This document shows, in pieces, positions 63,416-64,000 of a stretch of DNA of 64,000 nucleotides. A model generated the notes under the pieces. The model was given only the letters and a program-made list of their open reading frames with translations. It did not search any database and was not told the DNA's origin. Source of the stretch: a bacterium (GTDB lineage Bacteria > UBA8248); NCBI GenBank assembly GCA_965200245.1, contig CBDATS010000004.1:1344001-1408000 (forward strand), given 5' to 3'. Positions within the stretch are counted from its first letter, which is position 1. Each line of letters begins with the position of its first letter. The position numbers and the translations under genes are program-made.

Positions 63416-63631
63416 GCAAGTCCGGGAATCGAGTAACCTTCCGCCGTTGCGCCCTGTCGGGCACGCGGAATGCAAGTCTCTCACTCAGGACCAGAGGCGT
63501 CAATCAGCGGGCGTGGATCTCGATTGACGCCGAATGCGCCAGATTTTACTCTCTCCCCCAAGGTTTTCATCATATCGACTGACATGCGGGCGTGAAGATG
63601 TCCGCGAGCACCCAAACGGAGGGAAGTCCCC

Positions 63632-64000
63632 TTGCCCAACATCGATCTGCATCACCACATCTACAACCCCGAAGCGGAAGCGCTCGCCGCGAAAGAACGC
63701 GAAAGACGCCCCCAGCACGCCGACAGTTTCGAGGGCTTCTTTCCTCCTGTCTCCTCGCGCTACAACGCGAAGATGACGGAGGAGAACTGGGGCGTGCAAC
63801 TCGCCGACGCGGACCGCAAGCTGAGCGACATGAAGGCGGACAGGCTCGACATGGCACTGGTTTCCCCGCCACCGCCTACTTTCTACTACTGGATCGGCGG
63901 TGCGGCGGGCGAGGAAATTATCCAGATACAAAACGACGGCGTCGTCGATTTCTGCAACAAGAACGCCGCGCACTTCCGGGGACTGTGCAACCTGCCCATG
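63632..64000 (+). CDS. Amidohydrolase_2 (ACMSD/LigW-like) protein, 3' partial; absent from the ORF track
   Basis: Manual translation from TTG 63632: MPNIDLHHHIY...DRLDMALVSPPPPTFYYW...QNDGV...FRGLCNLPM, open to the window edge; GGAGG SD. Confidence 0.85.
   Translation, partial: MPNIDLHHHIYNPEAEALAAKERERRPQHADSFEGFFPPVSSRYNAKMTEENWGVQLADADRKLSDMKADRLDMALVSPPPPTFYYWIGGAAGEEIIQIQNDGVVDFCNKNAAHFRGLCNLPM

Noticed and set aside
1-64000. CRISPR arrays, rRNA, integrases, transposases, prophage genes
   Set aside because: No spaced direct repeats or hallmark motifs seen by inspection

Overview
GC-rich bacterial chromosomal window in two parts. Left (~1-31 kb) is accessory: a catabolic/transport cluster (ketopantoate-reductase family, cupins, Fe-ADH, SnoaL-like, ThDP enzyme, TAXI-TRAP, DapA-family aldolase, ABC transporter, Baeyer-Villiger monooxygenase), a DUF4160 remnant plus frameshifted autotransporter, a UGSC-family selenoprotein (in-frame UGA followed by a SECIS-like hairpin) with its uncharacterised partner, EamA transporters, a His-rich cupredoxin-like/membrane protein pair, a stand-alone EF-G and an orphan NHLP RiPP precursor. 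At least six accessory genes carry nonsense or frameshift lesions. Right (~31-64 kb) is intact and mostly housekeeping: ltaE, mlaEDC, alaS, methylmalonyl-CoA mutase, ymdB-rny-5FCL-6S RNA-zapA, pheT-pheS-rplT-rpmI-infC-thrS, tRNA-Val, clpX-clpP-tig, tRNA-Leu, metH, folE2 and a MazG-like gene. Gene order suggests a Nitrospinota/Tectomicrobia/Deltaproteobacteria-like, possibly host-associated organism (inference only). No CRISPR, rRNA, transposase or prophage was seen. Family calls come from motif recognition by eye, not database searches.
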